IMG/VR virus record: IMGVR_UViG_3300012956_000001
Location: 89,730-153,729 of that record
Length of the DNA stretch: 64,000 nt
From: a virus
Taxonomy: Duplodnaviria; Heunggongvirae; Uroviricota; Caudoviricetes
Reading direction: 5' to 3' (one strand)
Part shown: positions 46,181 through 55,390 of the stretch, one piece after another
Layout: each line of letters starts with the position of its first letter
Numbering within the stretch: position 1 is the stretch's first letter
Position numbers and translations under genes: made by a program
The notes under the pieces: model-generated
The model's input: the letters and a program-made list of their open reading frames with translations, nothing else
Database searches by the model: none
What the model was told of the DNA's origin: nothing

Positions 46181-47353
46181 ATGGCTAAGGATAATCTCCT
46201 AAAAGAAGCAATCGCCGATGCTAAGGCTGTTAAGGAAGCCGCAATTGCCAACGCAATGTTGACATTGAAGGAATCCTTCAAGCCACAGCTTACTTCGATG
46301 TTGGCCGCACGTCTTCGTAACGAAGCAGACTCATATGATGGAATGGAAGAGCAAAAGACTCTTGACTCCTCGGATATTGGTACTGGCGTTACTGTTGATG
46401 AACCAGCCCCAAAGAAGCCATCAGCTGTTGCTAGCTCGTCCTCCGATATCGAAAACAAGGGATTGGAAGTAGATACATTTGGAGAAGGTATTGAAGATTT
46501 CGCTCAGGATGCTCCTGAAGGCGAAGAACAATTTGGTGACGCCGGCGCAGGCGACCCTGCCGCACAGGGCGGTGATGAGTTTGGGGACGATGAATTCGGT
46601 CAGGGCGACGACCTTGATCTTGAAGCAATCATCCGCGAACTTGAAGCCGATCTAATGGGTCAGGGCGAAGAGGGTGGTATGGACGCTGGCGAAGGTAATC
46701 CTTTTGCTGGTGAGCGTCAGGAAGGCTTTAACAAGATTGATGCCGGTAACGATATCAATGCTGGCCTAACTGCTGAAACGCTTGAAGGCGATGGCGATGA
46801 AGGCGTTCATAAGGATGGTAAGGACCAGAAGGACACCTATGGTGTTCCAGCTGGCGAAAAGGTTACAGAAGGTGAAGATGAGGAAGTAGACCTCGAAGAA
46901 ATTCTTCGTGAAGTAGGTGTAGACGAACAGAATGATATGTCTGGTCACATTACATCTGAAAACGTAGAGCTCAAGCGTTCAATTCGCGAGCACCGTGAGG
47001 TAATCAAGCTACTTCGTAATCGTATCAATGAGGTCACACTGCTCAACTCTAAGTTGATGTACACGACCAAGATTTTCCGCACATTCAACCTGTCGGAAGG
47101 TCAAAAGAAGAAGGTTGTGGAGCAGTTTGATCGCGCTACGACGCTTCGTGAAACCAAGTTGGTTTACTCTACTCTTGCCGAGTCTTTGACAGGTAAGGTA
47201 GGAACAGCAACGCCAAGAAACGTTGCCGCTAAGATCACCGAGGGTGCATCTAAGTCGGTTGGTTCTACAAAGCCGAAGTCACAAACAGTTCTAACTGAAG
47301 GCGATACACAAGTCGCCCGTATGCAGAAGCTAGCCGGCATCATTGCCCGCTAA
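46181..47353 (+). CDS. gp22: Prohead scaffold protein (T4 gp22-like)
   Basis: 'MAKDNLLKEAIADAKAVKEAAIANA...', highly acidic middle, C-terminal coiled coil 'LLNSKLMY', directly upstream of the MCP. The in-frame ATG at 46166 is also possible. Confidence 0.8.
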   Translation: MAKDNLLKEAIADAKAVKEAAIANAMLTLKESFKPQLTSMLAARLRNEADSYDGMEEQKTLDSSDIGTGVTVDEPAPKKPSAVASSSSDIENKGLEVDTFGEGIEDFAQDAPEGEEQFGDAGAGDPAAQGGDEFGDDEFGQGDDLDLEAIIRELEADLMGQGEEGGMDAGEGNPFAGERQEGFNKIDAGNDINAGLTAETLEGDGDEGVHKDGKDQKDTYGVPAGEKVTEGEDEEVDLEEILREVGVDEQNDMSGHITSENVELKRSIREHREVIKLLRNRINEVTLLNSKLMYTTKIFRTFNLSEGQKKKVVEQFDRATTLRETKLVYSTLAESLTGKVGTATPRNVAAKITEGASKSVGSTKPKSQTVLTEGDTQVARMQKLAGIIAR

Positions 47354-47379
47354 TCAACTTAAACCATAAGGAATAACCT

Positions 47380-48984
47380 ATGAGTTCGTTTGATCTAAAT
47401 TCGCTTCTGACCGAAAGTAAGACACCGCTTGACGCTCTATTGACACAATCCCGTGGATTGGCCAAGAAGTGGGAAAAGACAGGTCTTCTTGAAGGTCTAA
47501 AGCATGAAGTTGACCGTGGTAACATGGCCGTTCTCCTTGAGAACCAGGCTCGTCAACTTGTTTCAGAAAACACCAAGACTGGCGCAGCTTCTGCTGAACA
47601 GTGGAATGGTGTTGCTCTTCCTCTAGTTCGTAAGGTCTTTGCTGAAATCGCTGCGAAGGAATTCGTATCAGTTCAGCCAATGAACTTGCCTTCTGGACTA
47701 ATTTTCTACATGGACTTCAAGTACGGCACAGCTGTTGCACCTCGTTCCATCGGTGATTCAGTCTACGGCGTTACTTCTGGTTCCGCAACAGTTCCAACAG
47801 GTGGTCTATATGGCGCTGGTCGTTTTGGATATTCCATTAACGATCTAACCGGCTCCATCACGATCTCCGGTACAGTTGGTCAGCCTGGCGTTGCAGCAGC
47901 AAATTCCGCATCTGTTAACTACGATGCTACGTTGATTGCTTCCTTGTCCGGTTTGTCAGTTTACTCGTTCTCAGCATCCTTGTTGACGAACCCTGACCTA
48001 TTGGCAGTTCGTTCGTATGTACCTCTAACGGGTGCATCATCTGGTACAGTTGCAACTGGTTGGTTGCCTGCTTTGACCACATTGAACGCAAACCAGACGG
48101 TTATCTCGTTTGTTGCTTCCAATGCTCAGGTCATCAACGCAGTTTCCTACACCAAGCAGCCTACAGATTCTACTCGTGGCGACTTTGAAGATACTGTTGG
48201 CTCTTCAATCCCACCAACGGGTGTTGATCTAAACATTCCAGAAATCGACCTATCCCTACGTTCTGAGCCGATTGTTGCTAAGACCCGTAAGTTGAAGGCC
48301 GTCTGGACACCTGAATTGGCTCAAGACTTGAATGCTTACCACAGCATTGACGCAGAAGCTGAATTGACAGCCATGTTGTCTGAGTACATTTCTCTTGAAA
48401 TTGACCTTGAAATCCTAGAGATGCTCTTGGTTAATGCTCAGACCACAGGTTACTGGTCTGCTCGTGTCGGTCGTATTTGGGACGGATCTGCGTTCATCAA
48501 TGATCCTAACATCTCCGGTATGGCTTATACGCAGATGACTTGGAACCAGACTCTTGGTATCAAGATTCAGGAAGTAAGCAACAAGATCCACCAGCTAACG
48601 CTACGTGGCGGTGCTAACTGGATGGTAGTTTCTCCATCCGTCGCATCGGTTCTAGAAACCATCCCTGGCTTCTCAGTCAAGACCGATGGTAACCAGAGCA
48701 ACTTTGCAATGGGTGTATCCTCTGTTGGTTCATTCCAGAACCGCTTCACAGTCTACAAGAACCCGTACATCACGGGCAACGTAGTCTTGATGGGCTTCCG
48801 TGGATCGAACTTCCTAGAGACGGGCGCAGTTTACGCTCCGTACATCCCACTTATCATGACTCCATTGGTATACGATCCACAGAACTTTACGCCTCGTCGT
48901 GGTGTTCTAACTCGTTACGCCAAGAAGATGGTACGTCCTGAATTCTTCGGTAAGATCTTGATCGATGGTTTGAACACGGTCTGA
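47380..48984 (+). CDS. gp23: Major capsid protein (T4 gp23-like)
   Basis: 'VLLENQ', 'FVSVQPMNLPSGLIFY', 'AKTRKLKAVWTPELAQDLNAYH', 'YAPYIPL', 'NFTPRRGVLTRY'. Confidence 0.96.
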   Translation: MSSFDLNSLLTESKTPLDALLTQSRGLAKKWEKTGLLEGLKHEVDRGNMAVLLENQARQLVSENTKTGAASAEQWNGVALPLVRKVFAEIAAKEFVSVQPMNLPSGLIFYMDFKYGTAVAPRSIGDSVYGVTSGSATVPTGGLYGAGRFGYSINDLTGSITISGTVGQPGVAAANSASVNYDATLIASLSGLSVYSFSASLLTNPDLLAVRSYVPLTGASSGTVATGWLPALTTLNANQTVISFVASNAQVINAVSYTKQPTDSTRGDFEDTVGSSIPPTGVDLNIPEIDLSLRSEPIVAKTRKLKAVWTPELAQDLNAYHSIDAEAELTAMLSEYISLEIDLEILEMLLVNAQTTGYWSARVGRIWDGSAFINDPNISGMAYTQMTWNQTLGIKIQEVSNKIHQLTLRGGANWMVVSPSVASVLETIPGFSVKTDGNQSNFAMGVSSVGSFQNRFTVYKNPYITGNVVLMGFRGSNFLETGAVYAPYIPLIMTPLVYDPQNFTPRRGVLTRYAKKMVRPEFFGKILIDGLNTV

Positions 48985-49015
48985 TCCTAAGATTCACGTA
49001 ACGTGATGAGGGTAC

Positions 49016-49055
49016 AGAGGGGGTAGCTTAGAAATAGGCTACCCCCTTTCTGTTT
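49016..49055 (+). terminator. Intrinsic terminator after the capsid gene
   Basis: AGGGGGTAGCTTA-GAAA-TAGGCTACCCCCT stem with GNRA loop, followed by TTCTGTTT. Confidence 0.85.
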
Positions 49056-49058
49056 GAC

Positions 49059-49065
49059 TATTTAT
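49059..49065 (+). promoter_or_regulatory. Putative late promoter TATTTAT
   Basis: Just downstream of the capsid terminator, 25 nt before ATG 49091; short acta-ttta-tagt palindrome. Confidence 0.55.
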
Positions 49066-49090
49066 AGTTGTTACCTTTGTGGAGTTTTGT

Positions 49091-49477
49091 ATGAAATTAT
49101 CGGAAATATTGAACCGAATTGACGAGGATGCACAACGAGATGCTATGTTGGCACAAACAGTAAAGAATCCAGAAACGGATCAAGATATTACTGTAAAAAC
49201 TGCTTTGTCGTATCCAAAAGAACATCCTGCTCGAAAGGCGGCGGCAAAGATTTATGCACAGTTTATGCAAAAGGCAAATCCAGCATCTGCTCAATTTAAA
49301 CCTCGACCACGACCAATGCGACCAGAAGATGATCCTTGGTATGCTCAATATGGCGATGATGCATATGATGCAAAGCGAGACTATGAACTATCTGGTGATG
49401 ACAGTTTGTTACCTCCTAGCCTCCAACAAACTACGCGATCATATAGACCCGGCCGACTCACACGCCGTAGATTTTAA
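49091..49477 (+). CDS. Small protein: capsid-targeting-like leader plus NPET module (copy 6, ~49145-49260)
   Basis: SD GGAG then ATG 49091. MKLSEILNRIDE|DAQRDAMLAQTVKNPETDQDITVKTALSYPKEHPARKAAAKIY. Confidence 0.8.
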   Translation: MKLSEILNRIDEDAQRDAMLAQTVKNPETDQDITVKTALSYPKEHPARKAAAKIYAQFMQKANPASAQFKPRPRPMRPEDDPWYAQYGDDAYDAKRDYELSGDDSLLPPSLQQTTRSYRPGRLTRRRF

Positions 49478-49489
49478 AGAGAACTATAC

Positions 49490-50695
49490 ATGCCACTAGA
49501 TCCAGTAGGCGGTGGTCCTGTTGTTGCGGTTCGATTTTGGCCCGGCTCCGGCAGTACCCCAATAAACAAAACACCATTCGCATTGTTTGACGATGATGAT
49601 GAATTTGTAGAAACTGCCCCGCAGGTAGCTAAATGGGTGTGTGGTACATTGGGATATCCAATTGTATCTATTGAACTTGAAGATAGAAACATTTATGCAA
49701 ATTTTGAACGAGCAACCATGAAATTTGCATCAATTGTCAATGAGTTTAATATGCGAGAAAACATGATGGCTTACCAAGGTATGTCTACGGGGTCATCATT
49801 TAGTCAGACTTTAATACGATCTACGCCAGTACCCTATGTGGTTAAGATGGCAGCTGATTATGGAACTGAGGCTGGGTCCGGTGGTACTGTCGATGTAAAG
49901 CGTGGCTTTGTAACCATGACTGCACATCAACAAGAATACGATTTACAGGCTCTTTGGGCTTCTGTATCCGAGTCTGGTAATAGACTAGAAATTCGTAGAG
50001 TATTCCATGAACGTGTACCTGCTATGCAACGATTCTTTGATCCGTTTGCTGGTACTGGTACCGATATGAGTAACATGTTGGGATCGTTTGGTTGGTCTGG
50101 ATTTGCTGTATCGTCTAATTTCCTAGTCATGCCGATGTATGAGACCATTCTTCGAGCACAAGCTATTGAATTAAACGATCAAATTCGTAGATCATCATTT
50201 AGCTTTGAAATAAGAAACAATAAAGTTAGACTGTATCCCCTACCTGGCAGCGATGATGCTGGTGATCGTGTTTGGTTCGAGTACATGGTAGAGAATCAAA
50301 AATTTGCTATGACAGGTTCCGATGACGGTTCGGGTCGCAGTCAAACAGGTGTCGTAAGTGATTATAGCAATGTACCATTTACATTTGTTCCGTTTGGTGA
50401 CATCAATGACGTTGGCAAAGAGTGGATTTATGGGTATACTCTTGCTTTGTGCAAAATCACTCTTGGTAACATTCGTAGTAAGTATGATTCGTTACCTATT
50501 CCGAACGCGGAAGTTCGTTTGGATGGATTGACACTAAGACAAGAAGGACAAACCGAAATAGAACGTATGGAAGATTTTTTGCGAGAGACCTTAGAACAAA
50601 CTGGCAAGGCTGCGCAAATGCAAAAGCAGATGGAAAATGAACAAAACATGGGCGATATTTTGAAACACGTACCACTTCCAATTTACATTTTCTAA
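49490..50695 (+). CDS. Neck protein (T4 gp13-like)
   Basis: 'LGYPIVSIELED', 'YTLALCKITLGNIRSKY...NAEVRLDG...EG..E' resemble gp13; position after the MCP fits. Confidence 0.8.
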   Translation: MPLDPVGGGPVVAVRFWPGSGSTPINKTPFALFDDDDEFVETAPQVAKWVCGTLGYPIVSIELEDRNIYANFERATMKFASIVNEFNMRENMMAYQGMSTGSSFSQTLIRSTPVPYVVKMAADYGTEAGSGGTVDVKRGFVTMTAHQQEYDLQALWASVSESGNRLEIRRVFHERVPAMQRFFDPFAGTGTDMSNMLGSFGWSGFAVSSNFLVMPMYETILRAQAIELNDQIRRSSFSFEIRNNKVRLYPLPGSDDAGDRVWFEYMVENQKFAMTGSDDGSGRSQTGVVSDYSNVPFTFVPFGDINDVGKEWIYGYTLALCKITLGNIRSKYDSLPIPNAEVRLDGLTLRQEGQTEIERMEDFLRETLEQTGKAAQMQKQMENEQNMGDILKHVPLPIYIF

Positions 50696-50704
50696 AGGAT
50701 TACC

Positions 50705-51157
50705 ATGCGATTTACATCTCAACAAGATTACAATCTATTTTTACATTTCAACAAAGAATTAGTCAATACATTTATTGACGTACCTGTTGTATTGTACAAA
50801 TTGAACATTGTTGAGTCTAAGAAGAACGTATACGGTGAATCTAGTAGCAAGAAGTGGTATCGAGGCGTACAGGTACCGTGTTTGGTAGATCGTCAATTAA
50901 ATACTGCAGTAAAGGATAGTCAGACTATCAATATTGAACAAGTTGCTGAATTTAACTTCTTGCGAGAAGAGTGTAAGCTCCGCAACATCTATCCAGAAAT
51001 TGGTGACATTATTGATTACAACAATTTGTATTTTGAAATCAACGCAATAAACGAAATTCAACTTGTTGCAGGACAGACGTTGTACAACCATTCTATTGTT
51101 GTATCAACGCACCTTACACGGCAGACGGGTCTTCAACTTGAGGCACCAATTACATGA
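50705..51157 (+). CDS. Head completion/neck protein (gp14-like)
   Basis: 'NVYGES', 'IYPEIGDIIDYNNLYFEINAI'; synteny gp13-gp14-gp15. Confidence 0.7.
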   Translation: MRFTSQQDYNLFLHFNKELVNTFIDVPVVLYKLNIVESKKNVYGESSSKKWYRGVQVPCLVDRQLNTAVKDSQTINIEQVAEFNFLREECKLRNIYPEIGDIIDYNNLYFEINAINEIQLVAGQTLYNHSIVVSTHLTRQTGLQLEAPIT

Positions 51158-51981
51158 ACGATCCACGCGCATATTCAGCAGATAGTCAGGCTATAAATGA
51201 CGTAGGCAATAGAGGATTAGATAACAAATTAGACGAGGCAGATCAGTCGCCGCTTCGCGTTACATTAATGAGCATAGATGAAACCATTGTAAGTTATCTC
51301 AGTGATACAATCAAGCCATTAATTGTTGACAATGATACGTCTAGATTGGTCCCAGTACTCTACGGTACACCAGAACGATGGTCTACTTTTAGAAAAGATG
51401 GCATTATACGAGAGCCTGGCAGTGACAAAGCACAAACGCCGGTCATTATGATTCGTCGTACTGGTATTGAACGTGATAAAATGACCAATCCATCCAACAA
51501 ATATGTTGAGATGGCATGGGATTCTGGATGGAATCGTAGAAATGTATATGACAAGTTTGCTGTACTTAACGGCATTCGACCGTCTCGACAGTTTCATGCA
51601 ACCATCATACCTGATTACGTAACAATTTCGTACGATGTTGTACTTTGGACAGAGTATGAGGAACAAATGTCCGACCTAATCGGTCAAATTCAGGTTGAAG
51701 GTGACGAATATTGGGGCACTCGTAATGGATTCAAGTTTAGGGTCCGAATTGACGGGTTTGATAACCAAACTGAACTCGAAGCCACCCAAGATCGTATCGT
51801 CCGAAGTACGTTTCAGATGAAAGTAAGCGCCTATCTTGTACCAGACCGTATTGTTCGAAACTTCAAGATAAGCCCGGCCACCAAAAAGACCTATACAGCG
51901 AAAAAATTGGTCGTAATGACTGAAATTGACCGTACTGGCACTAAAATTGATGGAAATCGAGATACGTACACCGGAAGTTAA
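51154..51981 (+). CDS. Tail terminator/sheath stabiliser (gp15-like)
   Basis: 'VPVLYGTPERW', 'IPDYVTISYDVVLWT...QM..LI..I', 'RIVRSTFQMKVSAYL'. Confidence 0.75.
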   Translation: MNDPRAYSADSQAINDVGNRGLDNKLDEADQSPLRVTLMSIDETIVSYLSDTIKPLIVDNDTSRLVPVLYGTPERWSTFRKDGIIREPGSDKAQTPVIMIRRTGIERDKMTNPSNKYVEMAWDSGWNRRNVYDKFAVLNGIRPSRQFHATIIPDYVTISYDVVLWTEYEEQMSDLIGQIQVEGDEYWGTRNGFKFRVRIDGFDNQTELEATQDRIVRSTFQMKVSAYLVPDRIVRNFKISPATKKTYTAKKLVVMTEIDRTGTKIDGNRDTYTGS

Positions 51982-52028
51982 AACTTGAGCATACCTGATA
52001 TGTATAGCATTTTGAATTAACAAAATGA

Positions 52029-52035
52029 TACTTAT
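52029..52035 (+). promoter_or_regulatory. Putative late promoter TACTTAT
   Basis: Intergenic, directly after a 7-bp hairpin (cattttg-aattaa-caaaatg, 52008-52027), upstream of the sheath operon. Confidence 0.5.
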
Positions 52036-52067
52036 GAATTGAACACAATTAATCCTATGAGGTGGTT

Positions 52068-52334
52068 ATGGCGGACGTAGTAAAGTTACCAGAAGAAGAA
52101 TATTCACTTCTGATTAGTCTACAAACCCGATGGAACGAGCTCACCAAACGATATGGTGAATTGCACTATCAAAAGAAGACAGTTGATGCAGAATTACAAA
52201 TGACCGATACATCGTTAGATGAACTAGATAGTGAACGATTTGAATTGGTAAAGAGACTGCAAGACAAGTATGGCGTTGGTCAGGTAAATCTAGCCACTGG
52301 TGAGTTTATTCCCGACGCACCACTATCTGAATAA
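52068..52334 (+). CDS. Small coiled-coil protein preceding the sheath
   Basis: SD GAGGTGG before ATG 52068; heptad pattern; ends 'KYGVGQVNLATGEF'. Confidence 0.7.
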   Translation: MADVVKLPEEEYSLLISLQTRWNELTKRYGELHYQKKTVDAELQMTDTSLDELDSERFELVKRLQDKYGVGQVNLATGEFIPDAPLSE

Positions 52335-52388
52335 GGTTGTCTAACGGTCATATAGTACAAACATAACAAATTTTTGGAGAACTAATTT

Positions 52389-54767
52389 ATGGCCGAACGA
52401 TTAATCAGCCCAGGCGTATTTACGGTTGAGCGAGATCTATCATTTTTGCCGCAGGGCATTGCTGAAATTGGAGCAGCCTTCATTGGGCCGACGCTAAAGG
52501 GTCCGGCATTTCGTCCGGTCATCGTAGAGTCTCAAGAAGAGTTTAATGCACTGTTTGGCGACACAACTCCCGACTATTACACACCGTATGCTGTGCAAAA
52601 CTACTTGCGTGAAGCAAGTCGCGCAACAGTATGTCGTGTACTTGGGCTTGATGGGTATGACAACACCACAGTAGAATCATTGATCATTAGCATTAACTCT
52701 GCATCGGTCTCTGTTCCGTTTGGTGTTATTTTCCCGTCTCGTAACGGTGTTACGTTGAACACAGGTAGCGTTGGTGCTGCCAGCGGATCAACCGCATTTA
52801 CTATTAACATCAGTGGTTCAAACGGACTAGAAGCATTCAATAGCATGAGCTTTGATCCTTCCAGCCGAAATTACTTTGCTAAGGTTTTGGGAACCTCTCC
52901 ACTATCTCGTGAAGATGGTTACGTACTACTTCAGTTCCCATCTGCTACAACGTTTATTAGTGGCGCACTTGCAGGATCTGGCTCAGTATCACTTAGTATT
53001 GAATCCAATGAGCTTAAGTTGTCTGGTTCTATCTATGGTACGTATCGTGAGGCTGTAACGCCTTGGATTCGTTCACAGACCATCGGATCTTCTAAGTACA
53101 ATCTATTCAAGTTCCACACATTGTCCGATGGTAACGCTGCCAACACAGACGTTAAGATCTCTATCGCTTCCATCCGTCCAAATTCGGCCGGCACTGGTTA
53201 CGGTACATTCTCTGTATTGGTTCGTAAGTTTGATGACACAGATGCTAAGTTGAATGTTCTTGAACAGTATGACGGATTGACACTTGATCCATCGTCTCCA
53301 AATTACATTGCTCGCCGCATTGGTACTGCACGTACGATCATCGATGCAAACAACGACATCTACCTAGAAGGCGATTATCCAAACAACTCTAAGTACGTCT
53401 ATGTTGAATTGGATGAAGCTATTGATAACGTACCAGAAGAATCACTTCCGTACGGCTTTGCAGCACTAGCTGCTCCGTTGAATATGGCAACTGTTCCAGC
53501 TCCAGCATACGTCGTTACTCGTTACGCAACACCAACGGGTGCTACAACTGCTGTTGCAAACAACAAGACCTATTATGGATTTGACTTTGGTGATGATACT
53601 GGTTTGGCATATTTGAATCCAATCCCATCTGGTTCAATCAATGCTGCCGGATCTACGCTACGAGTTGGTGTCTTTGCAACCGGATCTACCTCGTACGCTG
53701 CGGGTGGTGCTGATCCTGGCTTCGATCTATTGACAATGCTAGGTGCAACTGATACAACTGACATTACGCCACAGAATGCAACATCTATCCGTAAGTTCTC
53801 AGTTCCATTCCAGAACGGATTTGATGGATATAGCCCATCACGCCAGGTTGCACTTGGTTCGTCAATTAGCGCAACCAACACGCAAGGCTTTGACCTAAGC
53901 GACTCAACGGTTGCTGGCGCTCGTGCCTACAAGCGTTGTATTGATGGATTGGCAAACCCAGATGCATTTGACATCAACATGTTGGTAATGCCAGGCGTTA
54001 TTTACAGCCAACACTCATACATTGTAACAGAAGGTGTTAACATGTGTGAAAATCGTGGTGACTGTTTCTACATCCTAGACAGTTCTATCTTGGGTGCCAC
54101 AGTATCTACGGCCGTCAATGACGTTCAAGATCTTGATACTAACTACGCTGGAACGTATTATCCTTGGATTAAGATCCGTGATACGAATAGCAACAAGACC
54201 ATCTGGGCACCGCCGTCTGTTGTTATGCCAAACGTATTTGCATTCAACGACCGTGTTGCTGCTGAGTGGTTTGCTCCGGCTGGTCTAAACCGTGGTAACA
54301 TTGACGTAGCTCTACAGGTTCGTACACGTACCGACCAGGCAAATCGAGATGACTTGTATGAAGGTCGTGTCAACCCAATTGCTACATTCCCAGGCCAAGG
54401 TATCGTCACTTGGGGTCAGAAGACACTACAACAAGAGGCTTCTGCTCTTGATCGTATTAACGTCCGACGCTTGTTGATCGCAGTTAAGAAGTTCATTGCA
54501 TCAACATCTCGTTACCTAGTATTCGAACAGAACGTAGAATCTACACGTAATCGATTCTTGTCGATTGTCAATCCGTACCTACAGTCTGTTCAGGAACGAT
54601 CTGGTTTGTATGCCTTCCGTGTTGTCATGGACGAGTCCAACAACACACCAGATTTAATTGACCGTAACATTTTGGTTGGTCAGTTGTATCTACAACCAGC
54701 ACGTACTGCTGAATTCATCAGTCTTGAGTTCAACATCCTACCGACTGGCGCTACATTCCCAGAGTAA
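52389..54767 (+). CDS. gp18: Tail sheath protein (gp18-like)
   Basis: 'ISPGVFTVERD', 'EWFAPAGLNRG', 'WGQKTLQ', 'RINVRRL', 'VFEQN', 'TAEFISLEF'. Confidence 0.95.
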   Translation: MAERLISPGVFTVERDLSFLPQGIAEIGAAFIGPTLKGPAFRPVIVESQEEFNALFGDTTPDYYTPYAVQNYLREASRATVCRVLGLDGYDNTTVESLIISINSASVSVPFGVIFPSRNGVTLNTGSVGAASGSTAFTINISGSNGLEAFNSMSFDPSSRNYFAKVLGTSPLSREDGYVLLQFPSATTFISGALAGSGSVSLSIESNELKLSGSIYGTYREAVTPWIRSQTIGSSKYNLFKFHTLSDGNAANTDVKISIASIRPNSAGTGYGTFSVLVRKFDDTDAKLNVLEQYDGLTLDPSSPNYIARRIGTARTIIDANNDIYLEGDYPNNSKYVYVELDEAIDNVPEESLPYGFAALAAPLNMATVPAPAYVVTRYATPTGATTAVANNKTYYGFDFGDDTGLAYLNPIPSGSINAAGSTLRVGVFATGSTSYAAGGADPGFDLLTMLGATDTTDITPQNATSIRKFSVPFQNGFDGYSPSRQVALGSSISATNTQGFDLSDSTVAGARAYKRCIDGLANPDAFDINMLVMPGVIYSQHSYIVTEGVNMCENRGDCFYILDSSILGATVSTAVNDVQDLDTNYAGTYYPWIKIRDTNSNKTIWAPPSVVMPNVFAFNDRVAAEWFAPAGLNRGNIDVALQVRTRTDQANRDDLYEGRVNPIATFPGQGIVTWGQKTLQQEASALDRINVRRLLIAVKKFIASTSRYLVFEQNVESTRNRFLSIVNPYLQSVQERSGLYAFRVVMDESNNTPDLIDRNILVGQLYLQPARTAEFISLEFNILPTGATFPE

Positions 54768-54779
54768 GTAACTTAGATG

Positions 54780-54804
54780 GCCGGGGGTCAATTTGGTCCC
54801 CGGC
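54780..54804 (+). other. GC-rich hairpin between sheath and tube (no U-tract)
   Basis: gccgggg-gtcaatttggt-ccccggc. Confidence 0.5.
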
Positions 54805-54827
54805 ACTCTAAATTTTGACTAGTACGA

Positions 54828-54834
54828 TATTTAT
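54828..54834 (+). promoter_or_regulatory. Putative late promoter TATTTAT upstream of tail tube
   Basis: Intergenic, 46 nt before ATG 54881. Confidence 0.5.
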
Positions 54835-54880
54835 GGTTGTCCCCGTTGGGCGCGGCAGTATAAATTTTTGGAGATAAAAG

Positions 54881-55369
54881 ATGGCTAATTTAGTAGCAGA
54901 GAACGAGATGTTCTTTACGAGTTTCGAACCAAAGATGAAGAATCGTTTCATCATGTATATCGATGGAGTTCCATCGTATCTGGTTCGAAAGATTGAACGT
55001 CCTAAGTATTCAGCAGAAGCCAAGGTACTTCCCCACATTAACGTTGAACGTTATGTTAAGGGTAAGTCAAAGTGGGGCCCAATTAGTTGCACGCTTTATG
55101 ATCCAATTGTACCGTCAGGCGCACAATCGGTCATGGAATGGGTCCGACTCCACCACGAGTCCATTACGGGTCGTGACGGATATGCTGACTTCTATAAGAA
55201 GGACATTACTTTCAACTTGTTGGGACCAGTTGGAGACAAGGTAGAAGAGTGGATTGGCAAGGGCTGTTTGATCACCGAAGCAAACTTTGGTGACGCTGAC
55301 TGGGGTACCGATGAACCAGCCGAAATCAATCTTACTATTCAAGCAGATTATTGGATCTTGAACTTCTAA
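54881..55369 (+). CDS. gp19: Tail tube protein (gp19-like)
   Basis: 'FEPKMKNRF', 'YVKGKSKWGPISCTLYD', 'VMEWVR', 'YKKDI', 'EINLTIQADY'; follows the sheath. Confidence 0.92.
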   Translation: MANLVAENEMFFTSFEPKMKNRFIMYIDGVPSYLVRKIERPKYSAEAKVLPHINVERYVKGKSKWGPISCTLYDPIVPSGAQSVMEWVRLHHESITGRDGYADFYKKDITFNLLGPVGDKVEEWIGKGCLITEANFGDADWGTDEPAEINLTIQADYWILNF

Positions 55370-55390
55370 TTTTGTGGTATATTCAGTTGG

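Noticed and set aside
37124-48984. Inteins or introns in terminase, portal or capsid
   Set aside because: Lengths are ordinary for T4-like homologues, frames are uninterrupted, and no intein splice-junction or LAGLIDADG motifs were noticed.
54859-54866. T4-type late promoter TATAAATA
   Set aside because: Only a 7/8 match (TATAAATT), and I saw no canonical copies upstream of the other structural genes. The recurrent motif is TAYTTAT instead.
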